DNA from: Thermoplasmatota archaeon
GTDB taxonomy: Archaea > Thermoplasmatota > E2 > JACPAO01 > JAHFTW01
Direction: 5' to 3'
DNA length: 64,000 nucleotides
Assembly: GCA_041601615.1 (NCBI GenBank)
Contig: JBFIHX010000001.1
Span: 96,001-160,000, forward strand
In this document: positions 47,451 to 56,571 of the stretch, piece after piece
Layout: every line of letters begins with the position of its first letter
Numbering within the stretch: the stretch's first letter is position 1
Translations under genes and position numbers: made by a program
The notes under the pieces: generated by a model
Seen by the model: the letters and a program-made list of their open reading frames with translations, nothing else
The model's database searches: none
What the model was told of the DNA's origin: nothing

Positions 47451-48359
47451 TTAGGGTTCCTGCCACAGAACGGGAAACACATCTGGATCCCGGTAGTCCG
47501 GCTTCCCTTGGGCGTCGCGCCTGCATAGGTGATCATAGCTGATGACAATCGGGGAGCCGTCGGGTGCCGTGGCGCCTTTGTACCGATTGTGCGCATCCTG
47601 ATAATGCACCGCCAGAGCCAGTCGATCTCGGCCGGACGTGTTGGACCCACTGGCATGGATGGTGCGGCAATTGTGGAAGCTGACTTGGCCACGTTTCACG
47701 GCGACTTGGATTCGGCGTGCGTTGGGGTGCGTTTGCTGCATCAATGCATCGAGGTCCCCGAGTTGCTGTCGGCCAAATCCAAACGCGCCCGCAAACGGAC
47801 CGTGATCCCACTGGTTGCTGCCCTCTACATAGACTGGCGTGCCCATGTCGACGGTGCAATCACTCAGCGCAATCCAGGCCGTGAGCATTCGAGTGGAGGT
47901 GCAAGTGGGCCAGTAGGCTTTGTCTGTGTGCCAGCCCACAACGGACCCTTCTGGACGGTCTGACGATGGGCGGCTTCGTTTCAAAAGAAGCGAGTCTGCA
48001 AAGTATCGAATCAGAGGCGTTTGCGCCAGTCGCGCAGCAGTGGCAACCACCATCGGATGGTATGCGAGGCTGGCGAGTGCATCGACGCGTAGTGCCACCA
48101 TTTCGTTGTTGATGAGGCGGACTCGCGTATCGTATGGATTGTCTGCTAGGTGCTCCATGCCGCGCAGTTCGTGGTCCCGGTGCCCCTCGTAGAATGCATG
48201 CGCTCCTGCGATGGCGGCTTCCAAGGTGGCGTCGTCGATGATGACGGGAGAAATGTGCCAACCAAGTCGTACGTAGGCTTGCACTTCCTCGGAGCTGGGC
48301 AGCAAGCTGATTTGCTCCGGCGACAAGTCCCTGGTGGTGCTTGCTTGTGGGGTACTCAT
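47451..48359 (-). CDS. PhyH-family Fe(II)/2-oxoglutarate dioxygenase
   Basis: WHTDKAYW (HxD), TAWIAL.D and G.VSFH...TIH.SG.N.S..DR. Confidence 0.85.
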   Translation of the reverse strand: MSTPQASTTRDLSPEQISLLPSSEEVQAYVRLGWHISPVIIDDATLEAAIAGAHAFYEGHRDHELRGMEHLADNPYDTRVRLINNEMVALRVDALASLAYHPMVVATAARLAQTPLIRYFADSLLLKRSRPSSDRPEGSVVGWHTDKAYWPTCTSTRMLTAWIALSDCTVDMGTPVYVEGSNQWDHGPFAGAFGFGRQQLGDLDALMQQTHPNARRIQVAVKRGQVSFHNCRTIHASGSNTSGRDRLALAVHYQDAHNRYKGATAPDGSPIVISYDHLCRRDAQGKPDYRDPDVFPVLWQEP

Positions 48360-49579
48360 CGCATCACATTCCGGAACCGGGCGCGCAATTCGTCTTCGTC
48401 GCCCTCAAGGATCAGCGAAGACATCTTGCGATGGTCGGTTTTGTTGGTGACTGGGTGGCTGGAGGTGCGAAAGTCGCCCATGCCAAAGTAGTGGTTGTCG
48501 AAGAATAGGAGGGTGCCCACAATGTAATCCTCGTACTCGACGCCCCCCACGGATCCCGAGATCAGGCGTTGTTCAATCCATTGCTGCAAGACGAGATTCT
48601 CTCGGCTGGGCCCATCCAGCAGAGTTTCCCACTCTTCTTGCGGCGTCACTTGGCCTGCGTAGACTTCCTGGCTTTTGCCAAGGATACGGTGTTTTATGAT
48701 CCACGCATCCTTGTTTTGCCGCGCATCCTGCCACAAATCCAATCGTTCCGTGGCCGTGTAGGTAGGCACCAGGAATCGCTGGAAAAACGCCCGCTCTTCC
48801 GGTTCCAACACATCCTGAAGCAGTTCTTCCTGGCAGAGGGTGGAAAAGAACCGCTTGTCGTGGATGAGGAATATGGTGCGCAGGTCGTTGATGGACCGCA
48901 TGCGTATGAGGCGAGCCAGAACGTCGTCTGGCAATCTCAGCAATTCATCGAAGGACAATTCGTAGATGATAAGGGGATTCTTCCAGGATGCGATGCGATT
49001 TGGAATCTCTTGGTACGGCACGCATTCCACATCTATGCCCATTCTCTCTAGGATGGGGACGAAGATTTTCGACTCGTTGCGTTTGTCTGCTCCTGTGGCT
49101 ACAACGACGCGGTCTGTTCCTTCCAGGTACGAATAGAGGTGCGCGTGGAGGGGGGAATCACGATCAACAAAAGCCGTGTCCGACGCGTGCTTGGCGTGAA
49201 AATCTCGAGTGAGTCGGGCCATGATGGTGGACAAGAAAATCCCATTGAGGCCCATGCGACATGTGATTTCGATCATGCGGGCTTGGCCCTCCGGATCGAA
49301 GACGAAGTCTGTGCGGTACGTTCCCGGACGGTACGGCACGTCGCGGTACATTTCGAGTACTTGTTCAATGCGAGGCGAAACCGGCATCAAGTGGCGGTAT
49401 CGAGGGTACTCGGTGACGAACCGGGTTACAAGCCGCTCCATGAGGCCTTGCAGCCGCACAAACTCGGCATCCACGCGGGCAGGAACAATGAACGGCTCAT
49501 CGAAGAGCCATTGCTGGTAGTACGGCGCCCGTTCCTTTGCCCATGCCGCAATGGCATCCTGCAGGGTTTTGAGTTCCAT
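48356..49579 (-). CDS. ATP-grasp-like ligase (glutathione/glutathionylspermidine synthetase-like fold), paralog 1
   Basis: RTDF...IEITCR, NDLRTIFLIHDKR, WIIKH...GKSQ.V.AG and VLQQWI. Confidence 0.65.
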   Translation of the reverse strand: MELKTLQDAIAAWAKERAPYYQQWLFDEPFIVPARVDAEFVRLQGLMERLVTRFVTEYPRYRHLMPVSPRIEQVLEMYRDVPYRPGTYRTDFVFDPEGQARMIEITCRMGLNGIFLSTIMARLTRDFHAKHASDTAFVDRDSPLHAHLYSYLEGTDRVVVATGADKRNESKIFVPILERMGIDVECVPYQEIPNRIASWKNPLIIYELSFDELLRLPDDVLARLIRMRSINDLRTIFLIHDKRFFSTLCQEELLQDVLEPEERAFFQRFLVPTYTATERLDLWQDARQNKDAWIIKHRILGKSQEVYAGQVTPQEEWETLLDGPSRENLVLQQWIEQRLISGSVGGVEYEDYIVGTLLFFDNHYFGMGDFRTSSHPVTNKTDHRKMSSLILEGDEDELRARFRNVMR

Positions 49580-49586
49580 CTACTGC

Positions 49587-49623
49587 TCCTGAATGGTTGC
49601 ATCGGATGCAAATACATTCAGGA
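49587..49623 (-). promoter_or_regulatory. Nested inverted repeat overlapping the SD of the ATP-grasp-like gene
   Basis: TCCTGAATG/CATTCAGGA (9 bp) encloses TTGCATC/GATGCAA (7 bp). One arm contains AGGA of the minus-strand SD. Confidence 0.55.
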
Positions 49624-49971
49624 CACCCGCACGGACGACCAGGGCCCCGATAAGCTCCAAAATGGGTGCCCCGGAAGCACCCCGGATCTCTCCTTTTCCC
49701 CTACTACTACGCATGCTGATGCGGCCAGGAATAGCTCGCTAATGAATGGGTTGGAACCCCTCCTGCATCAGCGCTAGAGTCGAGCGCACGGAATTTCGTG
49801 AAGGCCCGATGTTCCACTCCGTCCTGCTCGCCGTCGCCTCGCAATGTTCTGGACTGTCACCCCGGAAATTCCATAACAGATTTTTTCCTCGTGGATGCTA
49901 GGTGTTCCATTGATGCAAAGTCCATCCATGTGCGACCGTAGATGGTTTCCTAGGAACGACCAGGTGAGCAA

Positions 49972-50952
49972 ATGGATCGCAACATGAGCATTCTCCCCGG
50001 CAAACCACAAGGAAATTCGCAAGGAATGCCGCACCCCGTTGGCACCAAGGATTCGGATTTTATTGCATGGATCAACGCGACTTTGCGTGCGCCCGAGCGG
50101 GAGTACTTCACCAGCGAGACCCTGCACCCTACGGTGCATATCCTGGGGTTGCCAAGATCTGGGACCACGTTGGCTTCGCAACTTTTGGTCCGACACCTCG
50201 ACATTGGGTATGTGAGCAACCTGGCGGCCATGTTTGGCAGCGCACCCGCGACGGGTGTGCGAATGCAAAAATTCTTGGGGTTGCGCCCGGGCCAAGCCCC
50301 TTTGGAGTCGACCTTTGGAAAAACACATTCCTTGGATGAGCCCCACGAATTTGGGTACTTCTGGCGGGATTTGCTGGGGAATGATGGCGGGCAGGAGGAG
50401 CCCACGCAGGAGCAGCGAGACGCCGTGGACTGGCCGAGTGTACGCGACAGCATGGCGCGCATTACAGGCGCTTGGGGTGGACCGGTTCTTTTCAAACCCT
50501 TCATTCTTGCATGGTATGCCAAGGAATTCGTAAGTCAAGTTTCATCCAGCTACTTCCTCTGGGTTCAAAGAGACCTAACTCAAATTTGCATATCAATGTG
50601 GGAAATGTACAAACAACAGGGCGAAAATAGTTTCCGAACCCAATCCCTCCAGCCTTCGTCCATCGGCAAGGACCCGTTGGAGCGAGTGGTGCGCCAGGCA
50701 AGTCTACTCCACGAGGCTTTGGAAAGGAATTTGGCGCGGGTGCCCGCCGAAAGGCTCGTTCGCGTGGCCTACGCAGATTTGTGTACGAATCCCGCCGGCC
50801 TCATCGACGTTGTGCAGAACAAAATGGCGATGGAAGGAGCCCACCTGAACCGACTTTCCTGGCCACCTGCTGCACAAAAAATTCGAACGTGGGATGCCGG
50901 CAAGGACCCGGACCACCGTCGGATAGCGGACTTGGTCGCGTCCATGGGCTAG
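49972..50952 (+). CDS. Sulfotransferase family protein
   Basis: HILGLPRSGTTL, P.EFG.FW, RD....S and Y.DL..NP. Start may be 50026. Confidence 0.85.
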   Translation: MDRNMSILPGKPQGNSQGMPHPVGTKDSDFIAWINATLRAPEREYFTSETLHPTVHILGLPRSGTTLASQLLVRHLDIGYVSNLAAMFGSAPATGVRMQKFLGLRPGQAPLESTFGKTHSLDEPHEFGYFWRDLLGNDGGQEEPTQEQRDAVDWPSVRDSMARITGAWGGPVLFKPFILAWYAKEFVSQVSSSYFLWVQRDLTQICISMWEMYKQQGENSFRTQSLQPSSIGKDPLERVVRQASLLHEALERNLARVPAERLVRVAYADLCTNPAGLIDVVQNKMAMEGAHLNRLSWPPAAQKIRTWDAGKDPDHRRIADLVASMG

Positions 50953-50986
50953 CTGGCCCAGTTGAATGCGCCATTCTTGCGGGATT

Positions 50987-51724
50987 TCAAGGAGTGATTT
51001 CGCGGCGTGCCTTCAAAAGCTCCCGCGTTCCCTCTGCGCCCAAATGCATGAGCGTGTCGATGATGGATGCAAGAGGCCGCCCCTGGGCCTGGACCGCTTC
51101 CGTTGTGGGTCCAACGAAGCGTAGCTTGAGTCCGTTTTTTTCAAACGATTCACGCCGATACAACTCGGTCCCACCCATAGGATTCAGATAGGCTCCGGCC
51201 CCCTCGCGTTGGCAGAATTCTATGATGCGTTGCTCCATGGGCTCCAGGCCTGCTTGTTTGGCTCGTTCCTGTAGGCCCTCCTCCACGTCGAGAAACATGT
51301 CATCGCCACGCACCACGGGCGTGTCAATGCCAATCAGAGAGCACATTTCCCGAATGTTTTCGAGATTGTACGCTCCAATGCGCTGCTCCTGGCGATGGAT
51401 CATGTTCTCCAAGGCTGGGTATATTTCATTGAAATGGGGCGCATGACGATAATTCAGGTCAATCGTCTCCAGAGTGCGTCGGCGCCAGGTTCCGTCTCGC
51501 AGCACGCGAATGTCTCTGATTCGAGTAAAGGAGGATTGGCCAGAAACGTCCGCTCGAATCCAGATTGGTTTCTTGGATGTTTTACCGATGACTTGATTGC
51601 GAGTAATCCAGGAGCTTTTCCGGAAATTGAAATTGCCATAGACCACAAATCGATCCGCCGCATCGATAAGTTGGAAGTATCCCAGGTAAGGGAAAAAATA
51701 GGGTTGCATCACTGCTAAGCGCAT
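50987..51724 (-). CDS. WbqC-like protein, paralog 1
   Basis: MQPYFFPYLGYFQLI...D.FV, WITRN, Y..AP.F, YLNP.GG.ELY and SIIDTLM. Confidence 0.9.
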   Translation of the reverse strand: MRLAVMQPYFFPYLGYFQLIDAADRFVVYGNFNFRKSSWITRNQVIGKTSKKPIWIRADVSGQSSFTRIRDIRVLRDGTWRRRTLETIDLNYRHAPHFNEIYPALENMIHRQEQRIGAYNLENIREMCSLIGIDTPVVRGDDMFLDVEEGLQERAKQAGLEPMEQRIIEFCQREGAGAYLNPMGGTELYRRESFEKNGLKLRFVGPTTEAVQAQGRPLASIIDTLMHLGAEGTRELLKARREITP

Positions 51725-52042
51725 GGTGAATCAAGTGGGTTGGTGCATTTCGCCCATAGGCGGATAGATGCTTAAGCCGGTTAATCATTACCATAGCCCC
51801 CCACGTGACGACGCACGCAGCAAAGCACCCATCGGCATGGCACAAAACGGAATCTACAACCCAGCATTCCATCAATGGGGCAACATGAATTACCCCATCG
51901 ATACAATTTTTTTTAGTGCTTTGTTATTTCTCCACGTGCCATGTTCCCAAGGATAGGCGGAACGATAAACGACCTAGACAGCCCCAACGAGACTTTAATC
52001 AATAAGAACATTTCGCCACCGACCTAGCGGCATGGGTGGCCG

Positions 52043-52774
52043 TCATGACTCCTGCCTAGCCGAAAGCAAATTGTGGGTTCCTTCAAAACCTGCGTGCATG
52101 AGGGTATCAATGATGGAGATCAGGGGACGACCCAGTTGGGTTGCAGCTTCGGAAGATGGCCCAACGAATCGTAAGTCGATGCCATGGGCCGCCAAATCCT
52201 CCTTGCGATACAGCTCCACGCCCCCAGGAGGGTTGAGAAACGCCGTGGCCCCCTCTATTTTGCATATATCGACGACGCGCTGGACCCTTGGCTCCAATCC
52301 AGACGCCTGCGCCCTTGCTTCTAGGTCTTTTTCCGCGGCGACATACGCATCATCGTCGTGCATGATGGGCGTGTCGATTCCGATGAGGTTGCAGATGTGG
52401 CGAATGTTTGCCACGTTGTACTTCGCCAAATTGGTTTCTTCTCGCATAACCATTTTTTCGACTTCTGGATACACATCATTGAAGTAATGTGCTTTTTTGT
52501 AATAAAAGTACGCTTGATTAAGAATTCTTGTGCGCCAGTCATTGTTGTCGGAAATTTCTACCGTCCGGATGAGAGCATATGAGGACTGGTTTTTCACTGG
52601 GACACGAATCCAGGAAGGATCCGGAGCGCCGCGTTTTTGAAGTTGATTGCGCGAAATCCATGAATTTTTACGGAAAGTGACGTTTCCACTGAACAAGAAT
52701 TTATCAGCGGCGTCGATAAGCTGGAATTGCCCCAGATACGGGAAAAAGTAGGGCTGCATAACTGCTAGGCGCAT
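52043..52774 (-). CDS. WbqC-like protein, paralog 2
   Basis: MQPYFFPYLGQFQLI, WISRN, FLNPPGG.ELY and SIIDTLM. Confidence 0.9.
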   Translation of the reverse strand: MRLAVMQPYFFPYLGQFQLIDAADKFLFSGNVTFRKNSWISRNQLQKRGAPDPSWIRVPVKNQSSYALIRTVEISDNNDWRTRILNQAYFYYKKAHYFNDVYPEVEKMVMREETNLAKYNVANIRHICNLIGIDTPIMHDDDAYVAAEKDLEARAQASGLEPRVQRVVDICKIEGATAFLNPPGGVELYRKEDLAAHGIDLRFVGPSSEAATQLGRPLISIIDTLMHAGFEGTHNLLSARQES

Positions 52775-52775
52775 G

Positions 52776-53486
52776 CTAGCTCCGGTTCTCCCAAGGCATC
52801 GATTCTACGTCCGAATCGACCCCCAAAAAGGCCTTGATGCGCGACACGGCGTTGGCATCGCGCACGTTGACAACCAAGAGCTGTTCGGGCCGGTCAGCAA
52901 AATGTCGCTGAATCTCCTTGTTGTGTTGGATGTACGAGTCCATCATTTGTGCTTGGTTGTAGAGGTCGTTTTCCGGTGGATCATACAACAGTTCATGGAT
53001 GCGCCAAGCTGCGCCGGGCCGGACGTAGGTTGCGCGCTGCAAGTCTTGTTTGGTCGGGGCATTCCCATCGACACCGAACAGCTTCGTTTGATATCGAAGG
53101 TTGGACTGGTACCACTGCTCAGGGCTGTCTCGAACGGTGAGGATGAATTTGGCTTCGGGGAACGCCGCGTCGAGCGCCTTGTAGGTTCCAGGCAGGCTAA
53201 ACGGTAGGTCTTGGAACGCCTCGCCTCGAAACCGCGCCAGTCGAATGATGCGCCGGAACTCGCCCCGTCCCCAATCCTCCATTAATTTCTCTCCGGCCGC
53301 CTGTGGCCCCATGTGGAAGCCGAATTGCCGCAGGAGTTGTTCGAGGCTCGTGGTTCCCGTCTTGTTGCGACCTATGCAGAACACCTTCCGGCTGTTTCTG
53401 AAGCGCAATGCATCCCGAGGGAGCGTGGCGGCATTGAGAACCCGGCGGGCGAATTTTCGTGCAGGCGTGGCATGAAGTAGGGTCAT
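52776..53486 (-). CDS. Sulfotransferase family protein (Sulfotransfer_4-like), paralog A
   Basis: KVFCIGRNKTGTTSL, QDLP, FP.AKFILTVRD..E.WY.S and HN.....F.DRP..LL. Confidence 0.82.
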   Translation of the reverse strand: MTLLHATPARKFARRVLNAATLPRDALRFRNSRKVFCIGRNKTGTTSLEQLLRQFGFHMGPQAAGEKLMEDWGRGEFRRIIRLARFRGEAFQDLPFSLPGTYKALDAAFPEAKFILTVRDSPEQWYQSNLRYQTKLFGVDGNAPTKQDLQRATYVRPGAAWRIHELLYDPPENDLYNQAQMMDSYIQHNKEIQRHFADRPEQLLVVNVRDANAVSRIKAFLGVDSDVESMPWENRS

Positions 53487-53499
53487 GGATTTGGTGCTC

Positions 53500-54237
53500 C
53501 TAGCTTGCGTGTTGGCTGTGGTTCACGTGTGGCTGCAACACAGCCGTACGCCCTTTGTGTACGAAGGAATGAACTTGCTCGCGCGCATCGGGCGCATGTA
53601 CGTCAACGGAAAGGAACGCTTCCGGGCGGTCCTTGAAGTACGCAGCCACCTCGCGGTTGTGCTGTTCAAAATGGCCCACCAAAATGTCCCGATTGAAAGG
53701 GTCGTCAGCGGGCGTTTGATGGATGGTTTGATGGGCGTGCCACAGCCACCCCGGGCGATGGTAGGTAGCAGCAATCAGTTGTTCTCGCGTCGGCACAGCT
53801 CCATTTCCAAACGTCTTGGAGTAGAATTGCAGCACGGCATCATACCACGCGTTCGAGTCGCGGGTGGTGAGGATGAATTGGCTCTTCGGGAACGATTTGT
53901 CCAAGACCGCATAGACGCCGGGCAGGCGGTAGGGCAGGTCCTGAAACACATTTCCGCCTCGCCCCACGTGGTCGATGATGGCTTGGTGGTCGCCTTCAGC
54001 CCATGCGTCGACGAGCGCTTCTCCAGCCGCCTGGGCTCGGTGATTATAGCCCTCGGAGCGAAGCCATGATTCGACGGTAGAACTGCCGGTTCGATTCTTA
54101 CCAATCAAAAAAATGCGCGGAGCGTTGCTTCCGATCCTGCGGCATGGAACCGCAAATCGGTTGCCAGCCATGGTGCGAAGGCGCTTTTGCAATCGAGCAA
54201 GAATGGACAATGTGGTGTCGTTTCTCGTCGAGTTCAC
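53500..54237 (-). CDS. Sulfotransferase family protein (Sulfotransfer_4-like), paralog B
   Basis: RIFLIGKNRTGSS, QDLP, FILTTRDS..WY and HN.EV..YF.DRP. Confidence 0.78.
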   Translation of the reverse strand: MNSTRNDTTLSILARLQKRLRTMAGNRFAVPCRRIGSNAPRIFLIGKNRTGSSTVESWLRSEGYNHRAQAAGEALVDAWAEGDHQAIIDHVGRGGNVFQDLPYRLPGVYAVLDKSFPKSQFILTTRDSNAWYDAVLQFYSKTFGNGAVPTREQLIAATYHRPGWLWHAHQTIHQTPADDPFNRDILVGHFEQHNREVAAYFKDRPEAFLSVDVHAPDAREQVHSFVHKGRTAVLQPHVNHSQHAS

Positions 54238-55376
54238 GGCGCAACCCCGCTTGGCGCGGGTGCTGGTGCACCTACCGAATCTTCGGCCGATTCCAAAAGT
54301 GCTGCCCGGAGAATCTTGACAATGCGCTCAACTTGTTCGTCTTCCAAGCCCACATAGAGGGGCAGGCAAAGGATGGTGCGCGACACCTCGTGGGACACGG
54401 GTGCGTGGGCAGCCGGCAGGTACGCAACCTCGTCCAGGGACGGGTAAAAGTAGCGCCGGGACTCGATGCCTTCCTTCCGCAAGCGCTCCATGCAGGCAAG
54501 CAAACTTGCTTCGTTTGCAAACAGCACCGGCATGTAGGCGTGGTTCCAAGTCGTGCCTTCTCGGATTTTTGGATAACGAAGACCGGAACCCGTCAGCAAT
54601 TCGTGGTAGAGGGCAACGAGTCGGCGGCGCTCCTCCCGGATTCGGGGAAACTCGTCAAGAACCGCTAGTCCCATCGCCGCGTGGGGTTCGGACATTTTGG
54701 CGTTGATGCCGGGTCCATCAAAGGAATCGGGGCCGATCTGGCCAAAGGATACCGCGGGCCGCAGTCGAGTTTTCAAGGACTCATCAGGGACAAACATGGC
54801 GCCGCCTTCTGCCGTGTGAAACAGTTTCGTGGCGTGGAAGCTACAGGTGCTGACATCGCCGTACTCGAATAGCGAGCGCCCCTTGTATTCCACGCCGAAA
54901 CAGTGCGCCGCATCATAGAGGACGAACAGGTTGTGGCGCCGCGCAATGTCTTCGATTGCTTCGATGGCGCTGGGATTTCCAAAGACGTGGGTGGCGAGGA
55001 TTGCCGTAGTTTGGGGCGTAATGGCTGCCTCAATCAGGGTCTCGTCTATGGTAAGATGCTCTGGGTCGATGTCTACGAATACCGGAGTGCAACCTTCCCA
55101 CGCTATGCTCGAAGCCGTTGCAATGAAACTGAACGGCGTGGTGATGACCTCGCCTCGCCCAGCCAAGCGATTCAAAGCGATTTGCAGCGGCACCGTGCCG
55201 TTGCAAGTAAGAACCGGTTCCGAGGAACGCAGTGCCACGGCAATACGTTCCGTGAGGCGGCGGACCAAGGGCCCTTGGTTGGTGAGCCAAGCAGCATCCC
55301 ACGCGGATTGGATGTGTTGCGTGTACGCCTCCAAGGAAGGCATGAAGGGCTTGGTGACTGGAATGACTGAAGCCAC
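54234..55376 (-). CDS. DegT/DnrJ/EryC1/StrS PLP aminotransferase (VioA-like, dTDP-4-amino-4,6-dideoxyglucose synthase)
   Basis: IPVTKPFMP, WLTN.GP, ITTPFSF.AT, YDAAH, SFHATK.F.T.EGG, GINAKMSE and RRYFYPSL. Confidence 0.9.
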   Translation of the reverse strand: MASVIPVTKPFMPSLEAYTQHIQSAWDAAWLTNQGPLVRRLTERIAVALRSSEPVLTCNGTVPLQIALNRLAGRGEVITTPFSFIATASSIAWEGCTPVFVDIDPEHLTIDETLIEAAITPQTTAILATHVFGNPSAIEAIEDIARRHNLFVLYDAAHCFGVEYKGRSLFEYGDVSTCSFHATKLFHTAEGGAMFVPDESLKTRLRPAVSFGQIGPDSFDGPGINAKMSEPHAAMGLAVLDEFPRIREERRRLVALYHELLTGSGLRYPKIREGTTWNHAYMPVLFANEASLLACMERLRKEGIESRRYFYPSLDEVAYLPAAHAPVSHEVSRTILCLPLYVGLEDEQVERIVKILRAALLESAEDSVGAPAPAPSGVAP

Positions 55377-55393
55377 GATTCTCCTTCGATTCT

Positions 55394-56323
55394 CTACGAC
55401 GCACCCACGATAGCAGTTGCGGAGCTAGGGTGGTCGAACAGTCGAATGCGAAGCAAGTGCCGGTTCGGGTCCGTAAAGGCGCTCCTGCCGTGCAGGGTTG
55501 TCTTGTTGTTGATGAAGATCAAGTCCCCGGTTTTCAGGTGAAACTGGATGGTGGATTCGCATTCCAAGATGATTTTCTTGAGCGATTCAAACGCCTCCAC
55601 CTGTTCTTTGGTGACAAAGTCCGGTCGGCTCGCGATGGCTTTGGCGATGGTGTCGACGCGGAAGCGAATGCCTGCATCTGTGAGAATCGGGCCGTGGTTG
55701 AACTCGTGCGTCTGGGTCGCATTTGTATTGAAAACGTTGGGAACCACGAATGGGAAGTCCGTGGTGCGCAAGATTTCCTCGATGCGGGCGCCGTCGGGTT
55801 GGGCCCGAAGTTTGCAAAGAATGTCGTGCAAATGCAGGAGTTGGGATGCTCCGCCGCCGCATTGGGCGGGGCGCAGGGTCATCAATGCGAAGGAATCCTC
55901 TGGGCGTGCACTGTATTGGCTGTCCGTATGTAGATCAGCATCGTGGTTGTGCTCCGAGTAGGTTTTGATGAGGTTGTCGGAGCTGGCGTTCATTCGGATG
56001 TCCCAGACGATTTTATCACCGACATGGGGCGCGGGAGTACCGACGCGGGCGCACAGGTTCTCAAACGCAGCGCGGAGGCTGGCCTCATTTTCGTAGGCAG
56101 CGTCGAAATGTTCCAGGATGATGTGCCCTTCGTCTCGAAGCGCTTCTTGGACCAGCGGGGCAAGGTCGGCTGGGCTGCATTGATAGGTGCGAGCGTCACA
56201 CGTCAGGAGGCTCGTTCGGGCGCTATCATGACTCCCCCGAGCCGGCTCCTGGTGCTCCGTGCCGGATGGGTCCGGAGGCGCGCCTGAGCCTGTGCATGAT
56301 TCCACGAAATTTTCACTCTGCAT
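55394..56323 (-). CDS. TauD/TfdA (clavaminate synthase-like) Fe(II)/2OG dioxygenase
   Basis: LHTD (HxD), GG.S, GDL...NN...LHGR and RHLLR. Confidence 0.85.
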   Translation of the reverse strand: MQSENFVESCTGSGAPPDPSGTEHQEPARGSHDSARTSLLTCDARTYQCSPADLAPLVQEALRDEGHIILEHFDAAYENEASLRAAFENLCARVGTPAPHVGDKIVWDIRMNASSDNLIKTYSEHNHDADLHTDSQYSARPEDSFALMTLRPAQCGGGASQLLHLHDILCKLRAQPDGARIEEILRTTDFPFVVPNVFNTNATQTHEFNHGPILTDAGIRFRVDTIAKAIASRPDFVTKEQVEAFESLKKIILECESTIQFHLKTGDLIFINNKTTLHGRSAFTDPNRHLLRIRLFDHPSSATAIVGAS

Positions 56324-56571
56324 TTTGTAATAACCGTTGCGGAGCCCCGGGCCAGTACCAAGGTTCGCCGAGGGGGTTTTTCAGCCATTGATTGGAGCCT
56401 TTTTCCGAGCCCTGTGCATTCAAATTTCCAAGGCGACGCAATGCCGCGATGCTGCTGCACATGGCCCAAAATCCCCCTACGCAAAATTCGCCAAAACAGG
56501 CATTCATGGTCGCCACCGGAACCCCAACAGCCATAATGGGACCCCTCGTGGGACGAAATGTGTCATCCCCC

